This document shows, one piece after another, positions 50,333 to 60,271 of a DNA stretch of 64,000 bases. Below the pieces are notes generated by a model. The model was given only the letters and a program-made list of their open reading frames with translations. It was not told where the DNA came from and made no database searches. The stretch spans positions 640,001 through 704,000 of the forward strand of contig OY776562.1 of NCBI GenBank assembly GCA_963675785.1, read 5' to 3'. Source of the stretch: Anaerolineae bacterium. Lineage in GTDB: Bacteria; Chloroflexota; Anaerolineae; UBA1429. Made by a program: the position numbers and the translations under genes. Within the stretch, counting starts at the first letter, position 1, and each line of letters starts with the position of its first letter.

Positions 50333-52518
50333 GCGTCTTTATCCCTTTTATGCATCAAGGCAACGGCAATAGCCTCTGCAAGCGATTCTCGCGTAAAAGG
50401 TTTTTTCAGAAACTGCACTTGGCCCAGTTCTGCGCTGATGATTTCTTGTTCGCGTCCGGTATAACCGGACATGTAGACGACGCCAAAACCATTCCGTCTT
50501 TTACCAGCGAGCTGCACAAACTCTGGGCCGCTCACCTCGGGCATAACTACATCGACGAGCAGTACATCAATCTGAAGGGATGTGTCGTTTAAGAATGTCA
50601 GGCCCTCTTCCCAGTTTCCGGCCTCCAGTGTTTCATACCCCAGTTTTCTGAGCATGATTGCAGCCAGATCTCTAACAGGTGTTGTGTCATCCAAGATGAG
50701 AATAGTTGCTTTGACGGAATTGGTTATGTGAGCCTGTTTGCTCGGCATCGCGATGATGGGGGTATCAGAACAGAGTGGCAAAGCGACTTCAAACGTGGTT
50801 CCCGCGTTTTCTATGCTTCTCACATTGACCCATCCATTCATCCGCTCGACTAGAGTTTGTACTGTCGCGAGTCCTAACCCTGTCCCCCCCCCTTGGTCGG
50901 CACGCGTGGTGAAAAAAGGATCAAAGATATGTTCCAGTACATCACGGCTCATGCCGAGGCCAGTATCGCGGATAACGATTACTGCAAAGTCTCCATCAAC
51001 CCCGATTTCACTTTTACTATTTGTGGGCTGAGGCCGATACTCGTCAAGGCTCATGTGCAATTCGCCGCCTTTTGGCATGGCTTCACGAGCATTCGTTACT
51101 AAATTCATGATGATGCGTTCTATAACGCCCGGTCGCGTATGGACGGGGAGAGGTTGGGGAGGTAGAGATACTGTGAAGGTTATCGATTTATCCAGTGCTC
51201 TTTCGATAGCATGTGCGGTTTCTTGGATCAGCTTGGTGAGATCTAGGACAATTCCTTGATCACCCTGTTCATCATCTATAATGGCCAGCTGTTCGATGAT
51301 GCTCTGGGCTTTTTCCGTGGCGGCCAAAATTGATTGGGCGTCACTGACAGTTTGAGCATCATTCAGGCTGGTGGTAAGCAACTCTGCAGAGCCATGAATC
51401 ACAGTGAGTATCTCGCGAAAATCATGCGAGATGCCCTTGATGAGGTGGGCTATGGCACGGAGGTTGCGAGATTTTTCCAACTGGAGTTCTGCGTCTATGT
51501 ATTCACTGATATTGCGCACAGTAAGGACTTGTCCTTGCGTCCTATCAACAAGGTCAACAAGTTGTGCACTGCTGCAAGAAACAGGAATTGGTTTTCCGTC
51601 AGCGTTGACGAGTTCAGCTTGAAAGCCTCTATTTTCGCCAGTCGCTAGTTCTACGGGCTTGATGAGATGGGTATACTCAATAGGACGGGCTAGTTCATTC
51701 CATTTTTTTCCGACTATGCTGGTGCTCGGAAAGCCTACGAGCTGCTCAGCAGCGGGGTTGACCCTTCTAATGCGTCCATCTGTATCCAGGATAAAGAGCG
51801 CATCGGGCATATTCAGCAACAGGCTTTCAGCAACTGATCTTGAAGTTGGATCAAAAGGACGGTAAGCGGAAAGACGAATTCCCATGCCAATGAGCGTCAA
51901 AGAAAAGATCATTGTCGTGATATCTGCTGGGTTCTTTAGCCAGTAAAAGTTCAAGAAAGTGGCGATTCCCCCAGCGAAAAGGCCAACAGCCGACCATCTC
52001 AGGACGATGCGCGAGAAATGTTGGTAGACGATATCTTGCGTAGTATGTTGCGTGCGATAGTCAGCCAAGATACAAGCGGCGCATGCTAGAACACCGCTGA
52101 TGAGGCCGATGATTGCTATGTGCATATTGAGATGAAGCGGAATCCGGGCACCCGGTATGAGTGATGCAGAATTGGGTAATCTCACAAACGCAAGAGTCAC
52201 GGCGCTGGCCAATCCCAAAATCAAAGCAGTCATTGTTGCAGTTCGTCGGACATGAGCAGGGCAAAGTGAGAAAGGAAGTACAAGGATAAGGCAATAGGCG
52301 AGAGGCCAAGCCAAACTGAGGTGAGTAAAGGCTCTGGTGATCTCGATGGATAGAGATCTGTCTGTTCCGGCAAGGACTAGCAGATAGACTGCTAGAAGAG
52401 CAGCGGCAAAGGAATACATGCGCCTCAAAACAGGCCGGCCTCCTCGGAAAAAATTCAGGCCGGCAAGAACAGCCAGTATTATGGCGTCTGCAATGCAAAA
52501 AAGCACATAAATGCTCAA
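50329..52518 (-). CDS. Membrane PAS hybrid histidine kinase
   Basis: About 7 TM, PAS, SHDFRE, NAREAMP, GTGLGL, receiver VDVVMP..KP. Confidence 0.9.
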   Translation of the reverse strand: MSIYVLFCIADAIILAVLAGLNFFRGGRPVLRRMYSFAAALLAVYLLVLAGTDRSLSIEITRAFTHLSLAWPLAYCLILVLPFSLCPAHVRRTATMTALILGLASAVTLAFVRLPNSASLIPGARIPLHLNMHIAIIGLISGVLACAACILADYRTQHTTQDIVYQHFSRIVLRWSAVGLFAGGIATFLNFYWLKNPADITTMIFSLTLIGMGIRLSAYRPFDPTSRSVAESLLLNMPDALFILDTDGRIRRVNPAAEQLVGFPSTSIVGKKWNELARPIEYTHLIKPVELATGENRGFQAELVNADGKPIPVSCSSAQLVDLVDRTQGQVLTVRNISEYIDAELQLEKSRNLRAIAHLIKGISHDFREILTVIHGSAELLTTSLNDAQTVSDAQSILAATEKAQSIIEQLAIIDDEQGDQGIVLDLTKLIQETAHAIERALDKSITFTVSLPPQPLPVHTRPGVIERIIMNLVTNAREAMPKGGELHMSLDEYRPQPTNSKSEIGVDGDFAVIVIRDTGLGMSRDVLEHIFDPFFTTRADQGGGTGLGLATVQTLVERMNGWVNVRSIENAGTTFEVALPLCSDTPIIAMPSKQAHITNSVKATILILDDTTPVRDLAAIMLRKLGYETLEAGNWEEGLTFLNDTSLQIDVLLVDVVMPEVSGPEFVQLAGKRRNGFGVVYMSGYTGREQEIISAELGQVQFLKKPFTRESLAEAIAVALMHKRDKDA

Positions 52519-52538
52519 TCTCAGGTGTCCTGTGTGAA

Positions 52539-54773
52539 CTAGGGGATACGAGCCCTGGCGTCCAATACGCGGCGAACCTGACGAGCGAGTGTTTCAAAAG
52601 CAAAAGGTTTTTCTAAAAAGGCAAGCCCTGGTTCAATAACCCCTTGGTGAACAATAGCATGATCAGTGTAACCCGAGGTAAATAGAACCGCAAGGTCAGG
52701 ATAGAGATTGAGCAAAGAGTCAGCCAATTGTTTTCCATTCATACCGGGCATAATGATGTCCGTCAGTACTAGGTCAACCTTGTTTCTGCTTTGACTCATC
52801 AACTCGAGAGCATCTTGTCCGTTTGCTGCCTGAATGACTTGATAGCCCAGGCGTTCAAGCAGACTGGCGGTGATAATGCGTACTTCGGCCTCGTCTTCTA
52901 CAACGAGAATTTTCTCGTGTCCGCCACACAGCTCATGGGTCTCTTCTGTTGTGATGCTGGCGCTGGCCTGAGCCTGATGTGGAAGGTAGATCTTGAAAGT
53001 AGAGCCATGTACGAGTTCACTATACACATAGATGCTGCCACCAAACTGCTTGACGATGCCATATACGGTGGCCAGGCCCAGGCCGGTGCCCTTGCCGGGT
53101 TCTTTGGTTGTAAAAAAAGGCTCAAAGAGATGTTCCCGAACTTCGGGCGTCATGCCTGTACCAGTATCGCTGACGACAATGCGAACATATTCGCCGGGTT
53201 GAAAGTCAATGTGGTTGGCCGCAAAATCTTCGTCTACAACTGCACGGCCCGTTTCAATGATCAGCATACCGCCGTCAGGCATAGCGTCGCGGGCATTCAC
53301 CGAGAGGTTTAGAATCATCTGCTCTATTTGACCAGGATCTGCTAGAACGAGACCAAGGTCTGGCATTAGAGAGAGATCGATAAGAATATCTTCTCCCAGA
53401 ATGCGTTCGAGCATGGCTACCATATTCTGGATGACTTGGTTCACGTCCACAAACTGCATTTTGAGCATCTGTCGACGGCTAAATGCCAGCAATTGCCTTG
53501 TCAGGCGTGCAGCTCGATCGACAGCGAGATGTATTTCTTCCAGATCGGGCAGAATACAAGCTGCATCCGGAGGTAAATTCATGGCTATGAATTGACTATA
53601 CCCCTTGATGACGGTGAGTAAGTTGTTAAAGTCGTGTGCAACACCACCCGCCAGCTGCCCAATTGCCTCCATCTTTTGCGATTGCCTGAGCTGTTCCTGC
53701 AAAAGTCGTTGCTCGGTGATATCCGTCAAAACAAGCATTGCATCTGACGTCTTGCGGGTTGTAACGAGTGAGCCGATATGCGCAGAAAGCCACTCTGCTC
53801 CTCTACCGCCGGCCAGACGGAGTTCAAGGCTCAGATTGCCTGGGTGACTTGTGACAGTCGCCAGAGCGTCTCGAAGTGGTGCGCGTTCGTCACCCCTGAG
53901 CAAATCGAACAAGTTCTCGTCTTCCTGAGGAGCAAAGGCACACTCTGATACGGACTTGGAGGCGTACAGTACCTTGCCATCGGCGTCAACGGTGACGATG
54001 ACGCTGGGTGCATTGACAATGAGACTTTTCCAGCGGGCTTCCGAATCACGCAGTGCCTGTTCGGTTTCCTGGCGACGTTCAATCTCTTGTTTGAGCTCAA
54101 TGTTGATCTGTTCGAGTTCACGGGTCCTGGCAGCTACGCGTTCTTCCAATTCGGCCTGTGCGGCCACAAGCGATTGCTCGATACGCTTACGCGAGATCAA
54201 AGAAGCCACATAGTTTGCCAGGCTGGCCGAAGTGCGGATGAGTTGTTCTCTGAGTTCTATCACCTCGGGATGAGCCAGGGTCAGTGCCCCCACAACTTCT
54301 TGGTTGACAATCATCGGAACGATGAGGAGTGTTTTGACACCCAACCGCTCAAGGCTGCGGTTGCCATGTTCCGATTGTCCCCAGACATGGGTTTGTACAA
54401 AGGTTTGCCCGGTTCTGATGACGGTTCCCGAGAGGGTTTCATCCATAGGCAGTTCGAGGGCGTTTTCATCTACTGGTGAGGCAAGGCCAAAGGCGGCATC
54501 CAGAACCATTTTTCCGGTTCTAGCATCGGGATGTTTGATGAGCACAATAGGGAGACTGGTGGCATTGCTGATTTCTTCAACAAGGTCCTGACATACCTCT
54601 CGCAAAGATCCGGGGCGAAGAGATATCTCGGACATGTTGTGCAATGCATGCAGCTCTTGCTCATTCAGACGAAGACTGCGAATGAGCTCGTTTTCATCGC
54701 TCCATGTTTCAGCGTTTTCAGGTGCAGAATGTGCCACGTCGGTAGACAAATGACTCCCTTCCCGAAAACCCAT
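52539..54773 (-). CDS. Cytoplasmic GAF-PAS hybrid histidine kinase (CckA-like)
   Basis: [40 protein letters not shown]. Confidence 0.93.
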   Translation of the reverse strand: MGFREGSHLSTDVAHSAPENAETWSDENELIRSLRLNEQELHALHNMSEISLRPGSLREVCQDLVEEISNATSLPIVLIKHPDARTGKMVLDAAFGLASPVDENALELPMDETLSGTVIRTGQTFVQTHVWGQSEHGNRSLERLGVKTLLIVPMIVNQEVVGALTLAHPEVIELREQLIRTSASLANYVASLISRKRIEQSLVAAQAELEERVAARTRELEQINIELKQEIERRQETEQALRDSEARWKSLIVNAPSVIVTVDADGKVLYASKSVSECAFAPQEDENLFDLLRGDERAPLRDALATVTSHPGNLSLELRLAGGRGAEWLSAHIGSLVTTRKTSDAMLVLTDITEQRLLQEQLRQSQKMEAIGQLAGGVAHDFNNLLTVIKGYSQFIAMNLPPDAACILPDLEEIHLAVDRAARLTRQLLAFSRRQMLKMQFVDVNQVIQNMVAMLERILGEDILIDLSLMPDLGLVLADPGQIEQMILNLSVNARDAMPDGGMLIIETGRAVVDEDFAANHIDFQPGEYVRIVVSDTGTGMTPEVREHLFEPFFTTKEPGKGTGLGLATVYGIVKQFGGSIYVYSELVHGSTFKIYLPHQAQASASITTEETHELCGGHEKILVVEDEAEVRIITASLLERLGYQVIQAANGQDALELMSQSRNKVDLVLTDIIMPGMNGKQLADSLLNLYPDLAVLFTSGYTDHAIVHQGVIEPGLAFLEKPFAFETLARQVRRVLDARARIP

Positions 54774-54890
54774 AGGCTACAATAGAGGCGATTATACTTT
54801 TGACATAATGGGGGGTCAAGTGCTTGTGTGAAAACCGATTGCCTCTTGGCAGAGCCTTCGTGTTCGTGCATAATCTAGTATGTAATATTT

Positions 54891-57836
54891 GTGGGGAGGA
54901 TCTCGCTGGTTGCCTCAAATCTTGTAATACTTGGCCTTGGCGGCATTCTGGTGTCTATCATTGCCTATGTTTTGGGCATGATTATTATCTGGGATGATCG
55001 CGGTTCACATGATGCATTGCCTTTTGGGGCATTGTTTCTTGTTGCTGCACTTGTGAGTTTGGCATACCTCGGAGAGATGCTCAGTCCGTCCTACGTACTT
55101 GCAACTAGTTGGTCCTACGCTCTAGCATCTCTGCAAGCAGTCATTCCTGTGGCCTGGGTTGTTGTTACGATATCGCTGGTGGGTAGCCCTGCTTTGTTGC
55201 GCGGTTGGCGCTTGGCTGTACTCATGTTCGTGCCTCTTTTGACTCTTTTAGTGATTGCTGTACCGCCGCTTCGATCGTTCTACTGGCAGAGCCGCGTGTA
55301 TGTTAGGGTGGGTGGTGCACTGGTTGCCCATCATCATTATAACGGGTGGGCCTGGGTTCAGTTTGGCTATACAGCCCTACTTACACTGGCAGGAGTGAGG
55401 TTGTGGCTAAAGGCTCAACATCGAGATAGCCCTGTGAGTATTCGCGTTGGTTTGGGGATTGCGTTTGTTGCGTTGGTCACAGTCATACCCTTCTTTTTAC
55501 AGCTCTTTGGATTTTCCAATGAGCAACAGATTGCTCTGATTGGCGTGGGAATGGCGATTTCTGCGACGGCAGCAATCTATAGTGTATTGGGAGAATTGGT
55601 ATCTGGCTTTGCCAGGGTAAACAGAGGGGCAGTTGTTGATACAACCAACATGATCATTGTTGCCCTAGACCAGCAAGGGCACATCCTGGATATGAACCCT
55701 GCAGCCGAAGCTTTTTGGGGATGTTCATTGCGCGAATGTATCGGGTTGGATGTTGGCATTCTAGAACAGGGCAGTGACGCAGCGTTTGCACAAAATATTC
55801 AGGGCGACCAAGAGCTGCGTCTAGTTGCCCATTGGGATCGTCACCCGGGGCGAGATTTTGAGGTTTTATTTCAACCGATGATAGGAAAACGAGGTGAAAG
55901 GCTTGGCCGCCTTCTTGCTGTGACGGATGTAACCGCACGTGTCAGGGCCGAGCAAGAGTTGGCGCACTCACAACGCTGGTATCGGTCCATCCTGGAACAG
56001 TCTCCTTCGATGATCATGGTCCTTGATCAGGATGGGCGAATTGAGCTGGTTAACCAGACGCCTCAAGGATTCTCAACGGAATATATGCTGGGGCAGAGTG
56101 TTTATGATTTTGTTCCTGGGGATCATGCCGAACGCTTACGATCGGCATTGAAGCAAGTGTTTGAAAAGGGTGAGAACGCCACTTACGAGCACCAGGGAGC
56201 TGAGGATGGCACTTGGCACACCAACACACTTGCGCCAATTGCTGTGGATGGTGAGGTCAGCCAGGCTGCTTTGGTTGGTACGGATATCACCGCTTTAATT
56301 CAGGCACAACAGGCATTGCTAGAAAGCGAACAACGATATCGGACAATATTTGAGACGGCTGGGACGGGCCTCCTTATCATTGATGAGGATACTACCATCG
56401 CCATGGCGAATCAGCTGATTTGCGATATGACGGGCTATTCGCATGAAGAGATTGTCGGTTCGCCGTTTCCCCAGCTTTTTGCAGTCTATGAACACGAACG
56501 TATGTTGGGTTATCATTGTGAGAGACGCGAACCAGATGGGAGTGCTCCCTCGACGTACGAGTGTGCCATGCACCAGAAAGATGGCATGGAGCGAATCGTG
56601 TTTCTCAATGTTTCGGTAATACCGGGGACGAAGCAATCTGTTGTATCTGTTCTTGATGTGAGCGAGCAACGCAGAACCGAAGAGAGACTTCGCCATGCAC
56701 TCAAATTGGAAGCCATTGGCCAGCTTGCAGGTGGTGTTGCGCATGACTTTAACAACCTTTTGACGGTAATTAACGGTAGCGCCGAATTTGTAATTGACGC
56801 CCTGCAGGAGGGGAGTGCTGAACGAGCAGATGTAGAGGAAATCCTGCGCTCAGGTCAGCGCGCCGCCGAGCTAACACGTCAGCTTCTTGCTTTCAGTCGG
56901 CGTCAGGTGCTCGAGATGAACATGTTGAATCTGAATGACGTGCTAAGCAACGTTTCTGAAATGGTGCGGCGTCTTATTGGCGAACATATCGAACTAGAAT
57001 TGGATTTGGCCCCTGATCTCTGGGGTATTTATGCAGACGATGCACAGCTTGAACAAGTTGTGATCAATTTATGTATCAACGCGCGCGATGCAATGCCGAC
57101 TGGTGGGCATGTTTATCTATCTACTCGCAATTGCGAACTGCATGAAGAGATGACTGCATCGAATCTGCGGCTTGCAGCCGGCAGGTATGTGGTTCTTACT
57201 ATACAGGATACGGGCGAGGGCATGTCTCCAGCGGTTTTGGATCACCTTTTTGAGCCCTTTTTCACCACCAAAGAAGTTGGCAAGGGCACAGGCTTGGGCC
57301 TTTCATCTGTCTATGGCATTGTTACCCAATCGGGTGGTGAGATCTGCTGTGAGAGTACGGTGGGCGAGGGTACCACTTTTCAGGTTTATCTGCCGGTTTC
57401 CGAAATCAATGACAATGACTGTGATACAACCTCAAACGCCAAAGCGGAAGCATCTTTTGCTGGAGAGACGATCCTTGTAGTTGAAGACCAGAATGATGTG
57501 CGCCGTCTGACGCGGCGTATGCTGGAAAACAAGGGCTACCATGTGATTGAAGCAACAGACGGCATTAACGCTCTGGACATCGGCGTTTCGTATGACGAAC
57601 CTATCGACGTGATTCTTACGGATGTAGTTATGCCGCAAATGCTGGGGCCAGAGATGATAGCTCGCTTGCGTCGGGCCCGTCATGATTTCGTGGTCATTTA
57701 TGCGTCTGGCTATTCTGATCAGGTAGATGAGGTTTGGTCCCAGGCTGAGCGCGATGGCGATTTTTTCCTTTCCAAGCCTTATACAGCTGATGAACTTTTG
57801 GGTACAATCGTACGGGCCTTGGCCACAAAAGAGTAA
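54891..57836 (+). CDS. 7TM multi-PAS hybrid histidine kinase
   Basis: 7TM N-terminus, three [12 protein letters not shown], receiver TDVVMP; exact start uncertain. Confidence 0.92.
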   Translation: MGRISLVASNLVILGLGGILVSIIAYVLGMIIIWDDRGSHDALPFGALFLVAALVSLAYLGEMLSPSYVLATSWSYALASLQAVIPVAWVVVTISLVGSPALLRGWRLAVLMFVPLLTLLVIAVPPLRSFYWQSRVYVRVGGALVAHHHYNGWAWVQFGYTALLTLAGVRLWLKAQHRDSPVSIRVGLGIAFVALVTVIPFFLQLFGFSNEQQIALIGVGMAISATAAIYSVLGELVSGFARVNRGAVVDTTNMIIVALDQQGHILDMNPAAEAFWGCSLRECIGLDVGILEQGSDAAFAQNIQGDQELRLVAHWDRHPGRDFEVLFQPMIGKRGERLGRLLAVTDVTARVRAEQELAHSQRWYRSILEQSPSMIMVLDQDGRIELVNQTPQGFSTEYMLGQSVYDFVPGDHAERLRSALKQVFEKGENATYEHQGAEDGTWHTNTLAPIAVDGEVSQAALVGTDITALIQAQQALLESEQRYRTIFETAGTGLLIIDEDTTIAMANQLICDMTGYSHEEIVGSPFPQLFAVYEHERMLGYHCERREPDGSAPSTYECAMHQKDGMERIVFLNVSVIPGTKQSVVSVLDVSEQRRTEERLRHALKLEAIGQLAGGVAHDFNNLLTVINGSAEFVIDALQEGSAERADVEEILRSGQRAAELTRQLLAFSRRQVLEMNMLNLNDVLSNVSEMVRRLIGEHIELELDLAPDLWGIYADDAQLEQVVINLCINARDAMPTGGHVYLSTRNCELHEEMTASNLRLAAGRYVVLTIQDTGEGMSPAVLDHLFEPFFTTKEVGKGTGLGLSSVYGIVTQSGGEICCESTVGEGTTFQVYLPVSEINDNDCDTTSNAKAEASFAGETILVVEDQNDVRRLTRRMLENKGYHVIEATDGINALDIGVSYDEPIDVILTDVVMPQMLGPEMIARLRRARHDFVVIYASGYSDQVDEVWSQAERDGDFFLSKPYTADELLGTIVRALATKE

Positions 57837-57848
57837 GGGCAATTCATT

Positions 57849-59537
57849 ATGCGAGATCATCGAGCATTGGTTCTGTGCCTGGTTCTTGGTCTAACCGTTG
57901 TTTTTGCTCCTCTGCTTGCTGCGGATTCGGTGGTTACGGCGTATGTATTGGTAGGGCAGAGCAGCGATGCCATCCCCAACGGCTATTCTGGTTACGCCGA
58001 TGTCTCTTACAACGGCCGGTATGTAGCTTTTTATTCCGAAGCCAATAATCTTGTAACAGGAGACACTGCCTGGGGAGATGTTTTTGTATACGATATGGAG
58101 ACAAAAACATGCGAGCTGGTTAGCGTCGGCATCAATGGCATAGAGGCCAACCAGGCTAGTGGCGAAGAATGGGCTGTGCGGGGACTTTCTATATCTGATA
58201 ATGGTGAGCTGGTTGCTTTCAACTCTTGGGCCTCCAATCTTGTTGATGGTGATACCCAGTTCGACAGCCTGGATGTGTTTGTGCGAGAACTATCACCCCA
58301 GGTAACAACGCGAATCTCGGTGGGGCTGGATGGCGCCGAAGCCAACGGTTCGTCGTGGTCGCCGATTATCTCGGGAGATGGCTCTCGTGTTGTCTTTATC
58401 TCTCGCGCCGGGAACCTTGATGAAAATGATGGCAACGGCGCTGCGGATGTTTTTCTGTATGATCTGGATAATGAAGAATTGCAGCTCGTTTCACAGGGGC
58501 TCGATGGTAAGGCAGCTGCGGCCGACGTTGGGGGCTTGACGACGATGGGCGGTCTCGACATCTCGGCTGATGGGCGCTATGTGGTGTTTGCTTCGCATAG
58601 CAGTGATCTGATAGCGGACGATACGAACGATTCTACCGATGTCTTTTTGTGGGATACAAAAAGAAACGTCATGAGCCGGGTTTCGGTCTCTTCTGATGGC
58701 CGCCAGGGCAATGACGACTCTGGAGAGAGTTTGCCCGATGGCGGCGGTGTGGCCATCTCCGATGATGGCCGATATATTGCCTTTGTCTCCTGGGCCAGCA
58801 ACCTGGTATCCGGTGACACCAATCAACACCCCGACGTATTCTTGCATGATACCGTGAGCGGCATTACCGAGCGCGTCTCTGTGAGTAGCGAGGGCAATCA
58901 GGCTCAGTGGAGTGGAGAAGAGCCGCAAGCTTATCAGCAGTTGCCGAGTGTGGATATCAGCGGCGATGGCCGTTATGTGGTTTTTCAGTCGGCGGCGACG
59001 AATCTTGATAGCGCAGTTTCGGTTTCTGGTTGGGGGGTGTACATCCACGATAGCCTGACTGGCGTAACCCGGCGCATAGCCGATACCCTGGTGGGGGAGA
59101 GCTCCGCTGCGCAGGACGGTGTATCTACGGTGGCGCTTTCCGGGGATGCTAGTACTTTGGTGTTTGGTTCCAATTCGGCCAACATCTTGCCGGCAGGCGC
59201 GAGCTCTTTTAGTGATATCTATGCGGCACGCCTTGACTTGGTTGCACTGAACATGGGCCAGGTTGACATAGTTCCCACAGTAACGCTCGTACCGACGGCG
59301 CCGGTTGTAGTGCCGACTCTTCCAGTTGAGCCGACACCTCAGGCGACACAACAAGTGGTTACGACGCCCACGCCGATCGAGGGATTTACCGCGACACCTG
59401 TTCTCGTTACGCCAACCCCCGAGGCTGCCGATGAGACGGGTAGATTGGGCGGAACGTGGTTCAGTCGAATCGTGACGCAAATCCAAGGAGTATTCCGGGC
59501 CTTTTTTGATTGGCTCGTCTCTCTTTCAAAGGGATGA
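57849..59537 (+). CDS. Secreted TolB/PD40-like beta-propeller repeat protein
   Basis: Signal peptide; about 6 repeats of ISxDGRYVxFxSxAxNLVxxDT..DVF; P/T-rich tail. Confidence 0.85.
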   Translation: MRDHRALVLCLVLGLTVVFAPLLAADSVVTAYVLVGQSSDAIPNGYSGYADVSYNGRYVAFYSEANNLVTGDTAWGDVFVYDMETKTCELVSVGINGIEANQASGEEWAVRGLSISDNGELVAFNSWASNLVDGDTQFDSLDVFVRELSPQVTTRISVGLDGAEANGSSWSPIISGDGSRVVFISRAGNLDENDGNGAADVFLYDLDNEELQLVSQGLDGKAAAADVGGLTTMGGLDISADGRYVVFASHSSDLIADDTNDSTDVFLWDTKRNVMSRVSVSSDGRQGNDDSGESLPDGGGVAISDDGRYIAFVSWASNLVSGDTNQHPDVFLHDTVSGITERVSVSSEGNQAQWSGEEPQAYQQLPSVDISGDGRYVVFQSAATNLDSAVSVSGWGVYIHDSLTGVTRRIADTLVGESSAAQDGVSTVALSGDASTLVFGSNSANILPAGASSFSDIYAARLDLVALNMGQVDIVPTVTLVPTAPVVVPTLPVEPTPQATQQVVTTPTPIEGFTATPVLVTPTPEAADETGRLGGTWFSRIVTQIQGVFRAFFDWLVSLSKG

Positions 59538-59550
59538 CCTTTAGCTGAGC

Positions 59551-59584
59551 AAGCCCTTCATATTCGCGTGAAGGGCTTCTTTTC
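59551..59584 (+). terminator. Intrinsic terminator
   Basis: AAGCCCTTCA-tattcgcg-TGAAGGGCTT then CTTTT. Confidence 0.8.
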
Positions 59585-59590
59585 TTGTTG

Positions 59591-59619
59591 TTGACATTAA
59601 AATTGAACTATAGTATAAA
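59591..59619 (+). promoter_or_regulatory. Near-consensus sigma70 promoter overlapping a probable TetR operator
   Basis: TTGACA-17 nt-TATAAA; ACTATAGT palindrome in the spacer. Confidence 0.7.
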
Positions 59620-59643
59620 TATAGATAATGGTATAAGAAAAGA

Positions 59644-60270
59644 GTGAACATGCTCCAGGAAACGGGTTTGAGGGAACGCAAAAAGAGACAGACACGTCGC
59701 GATATCGTCTGGGCGGCGACGCAGCTTTTTGAAAAGCAGGGTTATGATGCCACCTCGGTGGAGCAGATTGCCGAAAAGGCCGAGATATCTCGTGGCACAT
59801 TTTTCAACTATTTTCCGAGCAAAGACGTATTGTTGAATGCCATCGCCGAACAGGAAGTGGATGATTTGCGTGACGTATTCACCCGTGACCTGTCGACAAT
59901 ATCGAGCCCTCTCAAGCGCTTGGAGCGCCTTGTCGAGCTTTATTCACGCGATACACTCGAATACAGGAATGTCACCCGTCTGACGATGCAATCCATCCTT
60001 TCAGCGCCAGACTGTCTTCCTAGCGCGGTCAGGTCTTTTCTCAATCTAGTGGGGGACCAACTTATGGATGCACGTGCTGCCGGAGAGATCGACAAGGATG
60101 TCGACCCGGAGGAGGCGGTCATTGCTTTTATGGGTATTCATCTTGCCTCGGTTTTCTGGTCGATTGCCCAAGAGGATTCATCCACGTCTCCACAGGAGCG
60201 TTTCTATAGCCTGTTGGACTTGCTTTTCCGAGGGATAGCAGGCCCAGCTTATGATGCAAGAGGAAACTAG
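59644..60270 (+). CDS. TetR/AcrR family transcriptional regulator
   Basis: GLRERKK..TR..I..AA..LF..QGY..T.VEQIA..AEISRGTFFNYFPSK. Confidence 0.95.
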   Translation: MNMLQETGLRERKKRQTRRDIVWAATQLFEKQGYDATSVEQIAEKAEISRGTFFNYFPSKDVLLNAIAEQEVDDLRDVFTRDLSTISSPLKRLERLVELYSRDTLEYRNVTRLTMQSILSAPDCLPSAVRSFLNLVGDQLMDARAAGEIDKDVDPEEAVIAFMGIHLASVFWSIAQEDSSTSPQERFYSLLDLLFRGIAGPAYDARGN

Positions 60271-60271
60271 T

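Noticed and set aside
58000-59200. Repeated DNA segments that could suggest an array
   Set aside because: They are degenerate coding repeats of a beta-propeller protein, with no identical repeats or spacers, so not CRISPR
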